Notes under the pieces: model-generated | Seen by the model: only the letters and a program-made list of their open reading frames with translations | Told to the model about the DNA's origin: nothing | Databases searched by the model: none | Shown: positions 12,183-23,760 of the stretch, piece after piece | How positions within the stretch are numbered: the stretch's first letter is position 1 | How the letters are laid out: every line of letters starts with the position of its first letter | Assembly (NCBI GenBank): GCA_963575745.1 | Contig: CAUYUJ010000305.1 | Span: forward strand, 62,001-115,635 | Reading direction: 5' to 3' | DNA: 53,635 bases | DNA from: Prorocentrum cordatum | Lineage: Eukaryota | Translations under genes and position numbers: made by a program

Positions 12183-12759
12183 CTGGGCGAGGCCCGCGCT
12201 GCGCCCATCGGCCCTCCCCCCCCCGCCAAGGCGAGTCCAAAAGGTATACCTATACGACCACCTCCTCCTCCTCCTCCTCCTGCTCCTCCTCCTGCTGCCT
12301 CCTCCTGCTCCTCCTGCTGCCTCCTCCTCCTCCTCCTCCTGTTGCTGCTGCTGCTGCTCCTCCTCCTCCTCCTGCTCCTCCTGCTCAGCCTCCTCCTCCT
12401 CCTCCTGCCTCCTCCTCCTCCTCCTCCTCCTCCTCCCCCTCCTCCTCCTCCTCCTTCCCCTCCTCCTCCTCCACCTCCTCCCCCTCCTGTTGCTGCTGCT
12501 GCTGCTGCTGCTCCTGCTCCTCCTCGAGGCCGGGGGATTGTGGAACCCATCATTGTTTTCATACGGTGTTTTTTATCGGGTGAAACGCTCTTTCACCCTA
12601 AACTTTGACTGTGTTGTTGTGTCATGTTTCTTTTCGCCGTGATCCCCTCATACTAATATTTTCTCGTTAGATCGTTCTCTAGTGTTTTCTCTCTCTCTCT
12701 CTCGTTGTCTCTCTCTCTCCCTCTCTCTCTATCTCTATTTGTCTGTCTCCTGCACCAGG

Positions 12760-15290
12760 CCAACGCATGCCGATGCGATACAAATCCATCCCCAACCAAC
12801 ACCAATGCCAATGCAATGCCAAAGGGGCAATCCTTTCGTTCGGCGGATTTCAATAAGAATACTTTGTGGATGATGTCGTTACAAATCCTTCTTCGGAGGA
12901 TTTCAATAGCAATGCTTATGTATGGGGTTTCAACAGGGATCCTCATGTGTGGGGTTCCAATAGGAATCCTTCAGGTGGGAGGGTTCAATCGGATTCGTTC
13001 TTGTGGAGGGTTTCAGTAGGAGTCCCTCTGCGGAGGGAGCCATTAGGACTCGCCAGCGCAATGCCAAAACTTTGCCATCGCAATGCCAAACCAATGCCAA
13101 AGCGATCCCAATTCAATGCCAGTGCAATGCCCATGTGGGGTATCCGTTTTGGTAGATTCCAAAACGAATCCTCACTGTGGATTGTTTAGATTGGAATCAT
13201 TCCGTGGGGGTTTTCAGTATGAACCTTGTATGTGGGGGGGTCAACAGGATCCCTTCTTGTGGAAGATAAGGGATCCTTCTGTGGTGGGAGCCATTCGAAC
13301 TCGCCAGCGCAATGCCGAAGCAACGCCAACGCAATGTCAAACCAATGCCAATGCGGGGAATTGTTTGTGGTAGATTTTAATAGCTATCCGTCTAAAAACC
13401 CTTATTCGGGTGATTTCAATAGGAAGCCTTCTATGGAGGGCTTCGCGTGGAACCCTTCTGTTGAGGATTTCAATTTGAATAATTCTTGTGGGTGGGGTTC
13501 AATAGGAACACTTTTTGTGGGGGTGTTCAATAGAAATCCTTCTGTGAAGTGATTGAGTAGGACTCGCCAGCGCAATGTCAACGCAATGCTAACGCACTGC
13601 CATCGCAATGCCAACGCAATGCCAATGCGATGCCAAACCGTTGCCAAACCAACGCCAATGCAATGCCGATGGCGGGACTCCTGTCTTCAAACAGATGTCA
13701 CGGGGAATCCGTATGTGGATGATTTGGTTACGAATCATTCTTCGGAGGATTTCGATAGGAATCCCCCCCCGTGGAGGGTTTCGATTGGACTATTTTTGTG
13801 GGGGTTCCACGTTGGATCCTTCGTGTGGGGGCTGTCAAAAGGATCCCTTCTTGTGCAATGTTTTCGTATGATCCTTCTGTGGGGGGAGCCATTAGAACTC
13901 GCCAGCGCAATGCCAACGCAATACCAACGCAATGCCAAACCAATGCCAAAGCGACCCCAATTCAATGCCAATGCAATGCCAATAGGGGAAATCGTTTGTG
14001 GTCGGGTTCAAGAAGGATCCTTCTATGGAGGGCGTCGAATGGAATCCTTCCGTGGGGCACTTCAATGTGAACCCTTCTTGTTGGGTGCTTCAATCGGAAT
14101 CCTTCTTGTGGGGGGGTCAACAGGAGTCATTATGCGAAGGGAGGTGTTGGAACTCGCCAGCGCAATGTCAGCGCAATGCCAACGTCGTGCCAACGCACTG
14201 CCATCGCAACGCCAATGCGATGCCAATGCGATGCCAAATCAATGCACATGCAATGCCGGTGGCGGAGTTCCTGCCTTCCAACAGATTCCACTAGGAATCC
14301 GTATGTGGATGATTTGGCTACAAAACCTTCTTCGGAGGATTTCGATAAGAATCCTCCCGTTGGGAGTTTCGATTGGGATCGTTCTGTGGGGGATGTCACG
14401 TTGAATCCTCCATATTGGGGCGTTCAAAAGGATCCCTTCTTGTCCAAGGTTTTCATAAGAATCCTTCTGTGGGGGGGGGGGCATTAGAAATCGCCAGCGC
14501 AATGCCAACGCAATACCAACGCAATGCCAAACCAATGCCAAAAACGATCCCAATTCAATGCCAATGGGGGAAATCGTTTGTGGTCGGGTTCAAGAAGAAT
14601 CCTTCTATGGAGGGCTTGGAATGGAATCCTTCCGTGGGGCACTTCAATGTGAACCCGTCTTGTGGGATGCTTCATTCGGAATCCGTCTTGTGGGGGGTCC
14701 CACAGGGATCATTATGCGAAAGGAGGTGTTGGAACTCGCCAGCGCAATGCCAGCGTGCCAACGCAGTGCCATCGCAATGCCACAACAATGCCAACGCGTT
14801 CCCAACCCAATGCCAATGCACTGCCAATGGTGGAAATCCTTTGTGGTAGATTTCAATAGGAATCCTTATGTGGAGGGCTTCGCATGGAATCGTTCTGTGG
14901 AGGGTGCGCGGAGGGTTTCAATAGGAGTCCTTCTTGTAGAATGTTTCGATCGGAGTCCTTCTGTGGTGGGTTCCATTAGGACTCGCCAGCGCAATGCTTG
15001 CGAAATGCAGCCACACTAGCAACGCACTGCCAAGCGCAATGCCAACGCAATGCCAATGCGATGCCAGACCATTGCCAAACCAATGCCAATGCAACGCCAA
15101 CGGGGATTCTTTCTTTCGAAGTATCTCAATATCAGTCCTTCTGCAGGTGATTTCAATGGGGATCCATCTGTGGAGGATTTGAATAGGAATCATTCAGTCG
15201 AGGGTTTCGATAGGAATCCTTCTGTAGAGAATTTCACTGTGAATCCTTCTTGTGGGGGCGTTCGATAGGAATCCTTCTAGGGGGGGGACA
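12760..15290 (+). repeat. Complex diverged satellite: (caatgc)n blocks headed by gaactcgccagcgcaatgcc alternating with ~30-bp gaatccttctgtggagggtttcaatag subunits
   Basis: The ctcgccagcgcaatg motif recurs about every 240-350 bp. Confidence 0.85.
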
Positions 15291-15513
15291 GATGAGGCCA
15301 CGTCACGTTCCTTTTTTCTCGCCGCCGACCCCCCCTAAAAAACATGGGGGCGAGAGGGGCGATATAAAAAAGAGGAGGAGGAGGAGAACGGGGAGGAGGG
15401 AGGAGAGGAGGACGCCACAGGGTACGCACACCACTGAAAGACGCAAGCGCGAACTCAGTGCGAAAGTCTCGCGCGCGCCCTGGATCCCCAAGGGGCTCCA
15501 CAATCCCGCGTTC

Positions 15514-16030
15514 TCTCCTCCTGCTCCTGCTCCTCCTTCTCCTCCTCATCATCCTCCTCCCTCCTCCCTCCTCCCTCCTCCCTCCTCCCTCATCGCTCCT
15601 CCCTCCTCCTCCTCCTCTTCCTCCTCCCTCCTCCCTCCTCCCTCCTCCCTCCTCCCTCCTCCCTCCTCCTCCCTCCTCCCTCCTCCTCCCTCCTCCCTCC
15701 TCCCTCCTTCCTCCGTCCCTCCTTACTCCTCCTCCTCCTCCCTCCTCCACCTCCTCCTCCTTTTTCTTCCTCTTCTTCTGCTCCTCCTCCTCCTCCTCCT
15801 CCGCCTCCTCCTCCTCCTGCTCCTCCTCCTCCGCCTCCTCTCCTCCCCTGCTCCTCCTCCTCCTCCTCCTTCTTCTCCCCTCTGTTGTCCTCCTCCTCCT
15901 CCTCCTCCTCCTCCTCCTCCACCCCTCCTCCTCCTCCCCCCTCCTCCCCCCTTCTCCTCCTCCTCCACCTCCTCCTCCTCCTCTGCCTCCTCCTCCTCCT
16001 TCTCATCCTACTTATCCTCCTCCTCTCCCT
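15514..16030 (+). repeat. (CCT)n-rich microsatellite, one of many CCT/GAG tracts in the window
   Basis: Directly visible. Confidence 0.95.
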
Positions 16031-16206
16031 TCTCCCGCGAGTCCAATAATGTACCTATACGACCGCGTTTCGGTTGATGAGGAGGTCGTTCTCGGGAAGG
16101 GGGGCCAACAGATGACCACTGCGATGGTTGTGACGGCGACGAGGCTGGGTCTGCGCTCGCGGGCAAGTGGCGATGCACGATGGGGATACTTTTCACGATG
16201 CATGCT

Positions 16207-17905
16207 GGACACCATGTGGACATTATTATCGGGACACCGTCGGGACAGAATCGGGACACCATCCGGGCACCATTGGGACACCACCGGGGCAACATCGGGA
16301 CACCATCGAAGCACTGTCGGGACACCATCATGGAACCATGTGGACACCATCGGGAGACCATCGGGACACCATGTGGACACTATCAGGGCACCATGTGGAC
16401 ACCCATCGGAACACCGTCGGGACAGCACGTGGACAACAGTGGGCACCATCGGGCAACATGTGGACACCATCGGAAAACCATGTGGACACCACTTGGACAT
16501 AATCGGGGCACAAGCAGGACATTATCGACACGCCATCGGGAAGAACACCTGAAGAGACTGCGAAGAAACTGGATGGTACAATCGGGACACCGTGTGGACA
16601 CCATGTGGCCACCACCCGGACACCATAAAGACACCCTTGGAACACCATCGGGGCAGCAGCGCGACACTATCGGAACATCATCCGGACACCACTGTGACAC
16701 AATCGGGGCACCCTGGTGGTACAATGTGGGCACCATCGGGACGAAATCGGAACACAATCCGGACACCATGTGGACACACTGTGGACACCATGTGGTCACC
16801 ATCGGGACACCCTCGGGGCACCATCGGAACACCATCGGAACAGCATCGGGACACCATCGAGACACCATCGGGACACCATCGGGACACCGTCGGGACACCA
16901 TCGAGACCCCATCGGGACCCCATGAGGACACCATCGGGGCACTGTCGGGACACCATGTGGACACCATTGGGACACAATGTGGACACCATGTGGACAACAT
17001 CAAAACATCATCGGCGCAGCATCGGGACACCATCGGAACACAATTCGGACACCATTGGGACACAACGGGGACACCACCTGGACACCACTGGGATACCATC
17101 GGGGCACCAATCTGGACACCAATCACCAGTCGGGAAAACACTGGGACACCAGCGGACACCATGGGGACACCATGGCGACACCATCGGAACACAATTCGGG
17201 CACAATCGGGACACCATCGGGGTACTGTGAGGACACCATGTGGACACCATTCGGACACCATGTGGACAACATCGGATCATCATCGGCGCATCATCGGGAC
17301 ACCATCGGGACGCCATTCGGACAGAATCGGGACACAACGGGGAACACCACTGGGACACCCCTGGGACACCATCGGGGCACCAATCGGGACACCTCTCACC
17401 AATCGGGAAGCCACCAGGACACCATCCACAATCAGGACACCATCGGGACACCATCGGGGCACCATGTGGACACCATCGGGACACCCATCGGGACACCATC
17501 GGGACCGCACGTGGACCACGTTTGGACACCATTGGGGCACTATCGGGACACCATGTGAACACCATTGAGATACAATTTGGACACCACCGGCACACCATCA
17601 GGTCGCCCTTGACCAAAATCGGGTCAGCAGCGGGACACTATCGGAACAGCATCGGGGTACCATTGGGACACCACGGGGACACAACTAGAACACCATCGGG
17701 GCACCATTCGCACACCACTGGGACACCATGTGAACACCACAAAGACACCATCGGGACACCACTGGGACACCCTCGGGGCACCAATCAGGACACCAATCAC
17801 CAGTCGGGACACCACTAGGACCCCATCAGGACACCATCGGAACACCATCGGGCCACCCATCGGGACACCACAGGACGTCATAGGACACCACGGTGGGACA
17901 CCCCC
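16207..17905 (+). repeat. Diverged 11-bp minisatellite (ggacaccatcg)n
   Basis: Directly visible tandem units over ~1.7 kb. Confidence 0.92.
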
Positions 17906-18329
17906 AGCAACGGCCCACCAAATGGGCGGGGGGGCGGACTTCTGTCCCGGCGGCGCCCTAGTTAGCAATGGAAGGTGCATTCCATTCGCCAGCCCGCGCA
18001 GGTTCGCCTCGCTCGCGCACGCCAGTCGAAAGCCAAACCGAAACCGACTTCTCGGTGAGGGGGGGCTGTCCGTTCACATTCAATATCGCCGACCCCTTGG
18101 GGTTCATCGGCGTGTGAGATGTTCCCCCTCCCCAAACCCCTCCCCCAGGAGCCCGGTCCAGTCCATTTGGAGGGGGGGGGTCCGGCCGGACGGCCCCGGG
18201 CGGACCGGGCGGGACCAAACGCCCCGGAAGTTTCATCCGCTCCCGAAAAATCGTGCAAAAACATGTGAAAATCGTGTCGGGACGCGTCTGGTGGCCTCGA
18301 AATGGGTTTGGGACGTCAACGAGCGCTCC

Positions 18330-19352
18330 AAGACTCCCAAATTGGCCCGAAGACGGCCCACGAGGCGTCCTCGACGGCAGAAGAGGTCCCCACAAACCCC
18401 CCCCGAGGGCCTCCCAGATGCGTTCCACAAGGGTCCCTAGACGCAAAAATTGGGCCATCTCCTGGGTGAAATGTGCATTTTTCAATAATTCCACTGCTCC
18501 CTTCCGATGCTCCCCGATGCTCCCCGATGCCCCTAAGAGGCTCCCAAACCCGCTCCCAGACGGCCCCAGAAGCTTCGCAGAGGGTCGGTCCCCCACAGAC
18601 CCCTGGAGGGCCCAAAATGGGCCAACAGGCGTCCAAGACGGCCCAAGAGTGGTCCGAAAACGGCCCCGAGAGCGCTCCAGAAGCGCTTCGAGTTGCCTCC
18701 ACAAAGCTCCACATGGTCCCAGACGGTCCAAGAGCGATCAGAAACATCGACGACGACCCCCCGACGGCTCAAAAGGCCTCCCAAGACGCCCCCACAGGCA
18801 TCCAAGATTCCCCCCAAGAGGCCCTCTAGACGCAAAAAATCGCTCGTTTCCTTCGTACAACGTATATTGTTTCACACGTGCGCCTTTGGGGGTCTCCCCC
18901 GCTCCTGGACGGCCCCAGAGCCCCCCAAACCCGCTCCCAGACGGCCCAAGACGTCTCCAAGAGGGTTCCTACACAGCCCTCGAGGGCCCCAAGACGGGCC
19001 AACAGACGTCCAAGACGGCCCAGAAAAAGAGTTCCGACAACGGCCCCGAGAGCGCTCCAGGAGCGGTCCGAGTGGCCTCGAAGAGAGCTCCACATGGTCC
19101 TCGACGGTCCAAAAGCGATCCAAAACGCTGACGACGGTCTCCGAACGGCTGAAGAGGCCCCCAAGACGCCCCAAGAAGCATCCACGATGCGCCTCAAGAG
19201 GGCCTGTAGACGCAACAAATTGCTCGTTTCCTTCGTCAAACGTATAATTTTCCACACGTGCGCCTTGTGGGGTGTCCCCAGCTCCTGGACGGCCCCGGAG
19301 CCACCCAAACCCGCTCCCAGGCGGCCCAAGACGTCTCCAAGACGCCTCCAAG
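18330..19352 (+). repeat. Diverged higher-order repeat rich in agacggccca(ag) units, ~380-400 bp period
   Basis: Recurrent blocks ccaaacccgctcccaga, cggccccgagagcgctccag, gctccacatggtcc and tagacgcaa. Confidence 0.75.
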
Positions 19353-19375
19353 CGGATGATGATGTCGCTGGCGCC

Positions 19376-19437
<62 letters not shown>
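19376..19437 (+). repeat. (CAT)~20 microsatellite between 13-bp direct repeats tgtcgctggcgcc
   Basis: Direct repeats at 19363-19375 and 19441-19453. Confidence 0.85.
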
Positions 19438-19438
<1 letters not shown>

Positions 19439-20019
19439 GCTGTCGCTGGCGCCGAATGAACACACCACGAGCCAATTCTTGAGCCCAAAGACACGCTGTC
19501 GAATGGCACCGCGCAGTGCCACCTCTGTACACACATGCCTGCCCATGTTATGTACGCGTGTGTGTACAATATACGGTTGCATGTACTGTATATATACACA
19601 TATGTGCATGTATATGTGAAATGTATATATATATATATATAATATAATATATATATATATATACGAACATTAATGCACACAAACGTACAAAGTTGCTGGG
19701 GGTGGACCTGATGCGAGGCCGGAGCAAGCAGCGGCAACTTAGCGCGGCGACATGGGGGGGCAGCGCACAAGATAAAGGCCCCGCGCGAGATAGCGAGAGC
19801 CAGGTTGTTAATGCTGCACGACCCCCCCCCCACCCAAGGCCTTCCCAAATATCCCAAGGGGTCGGCGGTGTGGCGTAAGCCCATGAATCACCCCTCAACC
19901 TCCGACGAACACTGCGAGGGCTATTAACCGAACTAGGTCTTTAGAACCCCCCACAAGAGGACAAATATTACCCTTTTCGACACCATTGTTGACGGACTGG
20001 GGTCCCGCCAATAATAAAA

Positions 20020-21935
20020 TTAGCCTGACGAAGGACCCAACCATGTGCAGGTGTGAATACCGCAGTTGACACTACCAATTTCGGTGGGGCTCCCTATAGG
20101 GCCACGAAACGTGTGAAGTGGATGGGCGTGCGGGACGCATGCGGGCGGCAGCACTGGGGCCTTCGGTGGAGCTGGAGCTCCCTATGGGGCCACGAAACGT
20201 GTGAGGGAGTTGACGAAATGGGTGTGGCTGACGCATGCGGGCGCGGGCACTGGGGCCTTCGGTGGAGCTCCCTATGGGACCACGAAACGTTTGAGGGGTG
20301 TGCCGAAATGGGTGTGGCTGACGCATGCGGGCGCGGGCACTGGGGCCTTCGGTGGAGCTCCCTATGGGGCCACGAAACGTGTGAGGGGTGTGCCGAAATG
20401 GGTGTGGTTGACGCATGCGGGCGCGGGCACTGGGGCCTTCGGTGGAGCTCCCTATGGGACCACGAAACGTGTTGAGGGGTGTGCCGAAATGGGTGTGGCT
20501 GACGCATGCGGGCGCGGGCACTGGGGCCTTCGGTGGAGCTCCCTATGGAGCCACGAAACGTGTGAGGGGTGTGCCGAAATGGGTGTGGCTGGCGCATGCG
20601 GGCGCGGGCACTGGGGCCTTCGGTGGAGCTCCCTATGGAGCCACGAAACGTGTGAGGGGTGTGCCGAAATGGGTGTGGGTGACGCATGCGGGCGCGGGCA
20701 CTGGGGCCTTCGGTGGAGCTCCCTATGGAGCCACGAAACGTGTGAGGGGTGTGCCGAAATGGGTGTGGCTGACGCATGCGGGCGCGGGCACTGGGGCCTT
20801 CGGTGGAGCTCCCTATGGAGCCACGAAACGTGTGAGGGGTGTGCCGAAATGGGTGTGGGTGACGCATGCGGGCGCGGGCACTGGGGCCTTCGGTGGAGCT
20901 CCCTATGGAGCCACGAAACGTGTGAGGGGTGTGCCGAAATGGGTGTGGGTGACGCATGCGGGCGCGGGCACTGGGGCCTTCGGTGGAGCTCCCTATGGAG
21001 CCACGAAACGTGTGAGGGGTGTGCCGAAATGGGTGTGGGTGACGCATGCGGGCGCGGGCACTGGGGCCTTCGGTGGAGCTCCCTATGGAGCCACGAAACG
21101 TGTGAGGGGTGTGCCGAAATGGGTGTGGGTGACGCATGCGGGCGCGGGCACTGGGGCCTTCGGTGGAGCTCCCTATGGAGCCACGAAACGTGTGAGGGGT
21201 GTGCCGAAATGGGTGTGGGTGACGCATGCGGGCGCGGGCACTGGGGCCTTCGGTGGAGCTCCCTATGGAGCCACGAAGCGTGTGAGGGGTGTGCCGAAAT
21301 GGGTGTGGGTGTGATGCGTGGCCCTGACTGGGCTTCGGTGGAGCTCCCTCTCGCACGAAACGTGTGAGGGGTGTGCCGACGCATGCGGTGGGGCCTTCGG
21401 TGGAGCTCCCTATGGAGCCACGAAACGTGTGAGGGGTGTGCCGAAATGGGTGTGGGTGACGCATGCGGGCGCGGGCACTGGGGCCTTCGGTGGAGCTCCC
21501 TATGGAGCCACGAAACGTGTGAGGGGTGTGCCGAAATGGGTGTGGGTGACGCATGCGGGCGCGGGCACTGGGGCCTTCGGTGGAGCTCCCTATGGAGCCA
21601 CGAAACGTGTGAGGGGTGTGCCGAAATGGGTGTGGGTGACGCATGCGGGCGCGGGCACTGGGGCCTTCGGTGGAGCTCCCTATGGAGCCACGAAACGTGT
21701 GAGGGGTGTGCCGAAATGGGTGTGGGTGACGCATGCGGGCGCGGGCACTGGGGCCTTCGGTGGAGCTCCCTATGGAGCCACGAAACGGTGTACTGGGTGG
21801 GTGAAGAGGAGAGAGGAGGAGAGGAGAGGAGAGGAGAGGAGAGGAGAGGAGAGGAGAGGAGAGGAGAGGAGAGGAGAGGAACGCGGGGCACCGTCTCTTC
21901 AAAACGAGGACCCAACACCACAGGATGGTTGGGAA
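20020..21935. mobile_element. Non-autonomous minisatellite-carrying element (Helentron/DINE-like architecture)
   Basis: Begins ttagcc; subterminal cccaaccat (20036-20044) is the inverse of atggttggg (21925-21933); terminal hairpin cccaac..gttggg-aa; contains a 90-bp array and (gagga)n. Confidence 0.55.
20080..21787 (+). repeat. 90-bp tandem array, ~19 nearly identical copies
   Basis: Unit ccacgaaacgtgtgaggggtgtgccgaaatgggtgtgggtgacgcatgcgggcgcgggcactggggccttcggtggagctccctatggag. Confidence 0.97.
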
Positions 21936-22588
21936 ATATTCGTTTCTCCGCGGCACCCGTCGCGCAACAACCACGACGGCTACGACTACGGCTACGAATA
22001 CGACCACGATACGACTACGGCTACAGCTACGACTGAGAGGAGGAGCCGACGATGAGGGTGAAGAGGAGCAGGAGCAGGAGGAGGAGGAGGAGGAGGAGGA
22101 GGAGGAGGAAGAGGGGGAGAAGGAAGAGGAGGGCTGGGGGAAGAGGAGCAGGAGGAGGAGGAGGAGGAAGAGCACGAGGAAGAGGAAGAGGAGGAAGCGG
22201 AGGAAAAGGAAGAGGAGGGGTGGAGGAGGAGAGGAGGAGGAGGAGGTCGGTCGGTCGGATCTGCAGAATGACCAAGTCGAAAGTAAAGTCGATTTCGGGC
22301 TGATCGCAGTGCGCATGAGGCTTCAATAGCCTCTCGTCGGAGAAAAAGAAAGGTATCCACCCTCGGGTGGCTTAAAATTGGGGACACCGTGGAAACAATG
22401 TGGAAGCTCTGCAACTCACAAGCAACTCCCAGGGGGGGCCGCGGAGGCGCCCAATAGGGCCGACACAAGACCAGAAGCCGACAAGGTAACCCGAGCCGGG
22501 CTCGAAGGGCAAAAACAAGTTTTTGCCATCTCAAGCCCGGCTCAGGCCCAGGCGCCTTCAAACGTCTCCGCGGGAATGGGGGGAGGGT

Positions 22589-22658
22589 GCGAGCACCAGG
22601 CGTTCTAACGTGCTCCAGATACGCTGTTCCGGAGCACGTTAGAACGCCCGGTGCTCGC
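22589..22658 (-). other. Long stem-loop in the LINE-A 3' UTR
   Basis: 28-bp arms (22589-22616 / 22631-22658) with one A/C mismatch on +, which is G-U in the element's sense RNA. Confidence 0.8.
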
Positions 22659-22704
22659 TGGAAGAAAGGAGAACAAATGTCCCAAGCACGTGGCCTGGAT
22701 CACC

Positions 22705-23760
22705 TCATGCACGTCTGCCGCGTCCGCGGCCGCGTCGAGAGCGTCCGCGACCTCGCGCAGCAGAGGTCGCAGGCTCCCATCGCCCCTGAAACTGAACGTG
22801 CCCACGCTCGCCGAGGGCGAGTGGAAAAGGTGGCGAGACTGCCTCAGAGTCCCGTGCCGGCAAGGCCTGGTCAGAAACTCCCCCAGCTACCTGGCCACTC
22901 CCGCGAACATGAGCGTGCGGATGAAGCACTCCATCACGGGCCCCGCCACGACGATGAGAGCCATCAGCTCGACCACTTGCCTGAGCAGGACTGTGACCTA
23001 CGTTTTCTTCTTGCCCTTTGAAAAGGCGCTGGAGCGAGTTCTGGGTTTTCCTCTCGATGGGCCCCCGAGGGGGCGGACCAATCTTCGCGGTCGCGCCCGC
23101 CGCGAAGAAGAGTTTCGTGATCACCGCGTTCATCGGCGGGACGAGGGAGACCGTGGACAACGGCGCCATCGCAAAGATGAAGTACGCGTGTCGAACTGCG
23201 AACGCCTCGCCCTCCCGCTGGAAGATGAACTTCGCCTTCCAATACTGGACTATCTCGCTGGCCACGTGGACGCTGTCGGCCTTGATCTGGTCGAGCAGGA
23301 CGCGCAATTTCTTCATCTCCGTCGTAACGGCCACGTTCTGCTTGAGCTGCTCGTCGTTGGCGATCGCCGTCAGAACCGCCATCCCCACTGTCAAGCCTGG
23401 GTGTCCATGACCGTGATCCCCTCCTTTGCCCTCCACTGCCGCCTGGTAGTTCGTCGCCGCCGCCACCGCCACCGCGTTCCAGGCGTGGTCGCGGGGGGGG
23501 ATCATGCACGACTGGAGGCGCCCCTCGACGGCGCGGGTCCTCTGCGCGTTTTTGAGGTGTCATGCTGTTCTCGGCATCGTCGTCGGTCGGGTCCTCGTCG
23601 TCCGCCTGCGTCTCGGTGTCCAGCTGAGCCGCCGGGCCCTTGCCCTTGCTCTTTGGGTGCTTGGCGAGCGGCGCGCCGCTGGAGCCAAGCCCGGAGGAGG
23701 CGTTGGCTGAGGTCCTTTTCTTGGCGCAATGCAGGTTCGCTTCCGTCGGGGGCGGGGGCG
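22705..23760 (-). pseudogene. LINE-A downstream ORF of unknown function, overlapping the end of the RT ORF in another frame
   Basis: ...KHPKSKGKG..DDDAENSM, a frameshift near 23560, then LKNAQRTRAVEGRLQSCMIPPRDH...GPPPRGPIERKTQ; GC3-rich codons; start approximate. Confidence 0.6.

Noticed and set aside
19700..19745. ctgatgcga-ggccg..cggc-aac as a hammerhead ribozyme
   Set aside because: The core deviates from CUGANGA and lacks GAAA.
20080..21787. CRISPR array, or tandem hammerhead ribozymes (hairpin gctcc-ctat-ggagc followed by cacGAAAC)
   Set aside because: There are no unique spacers and no cas genes, and the CUGANGA core is not present in front of the stem.
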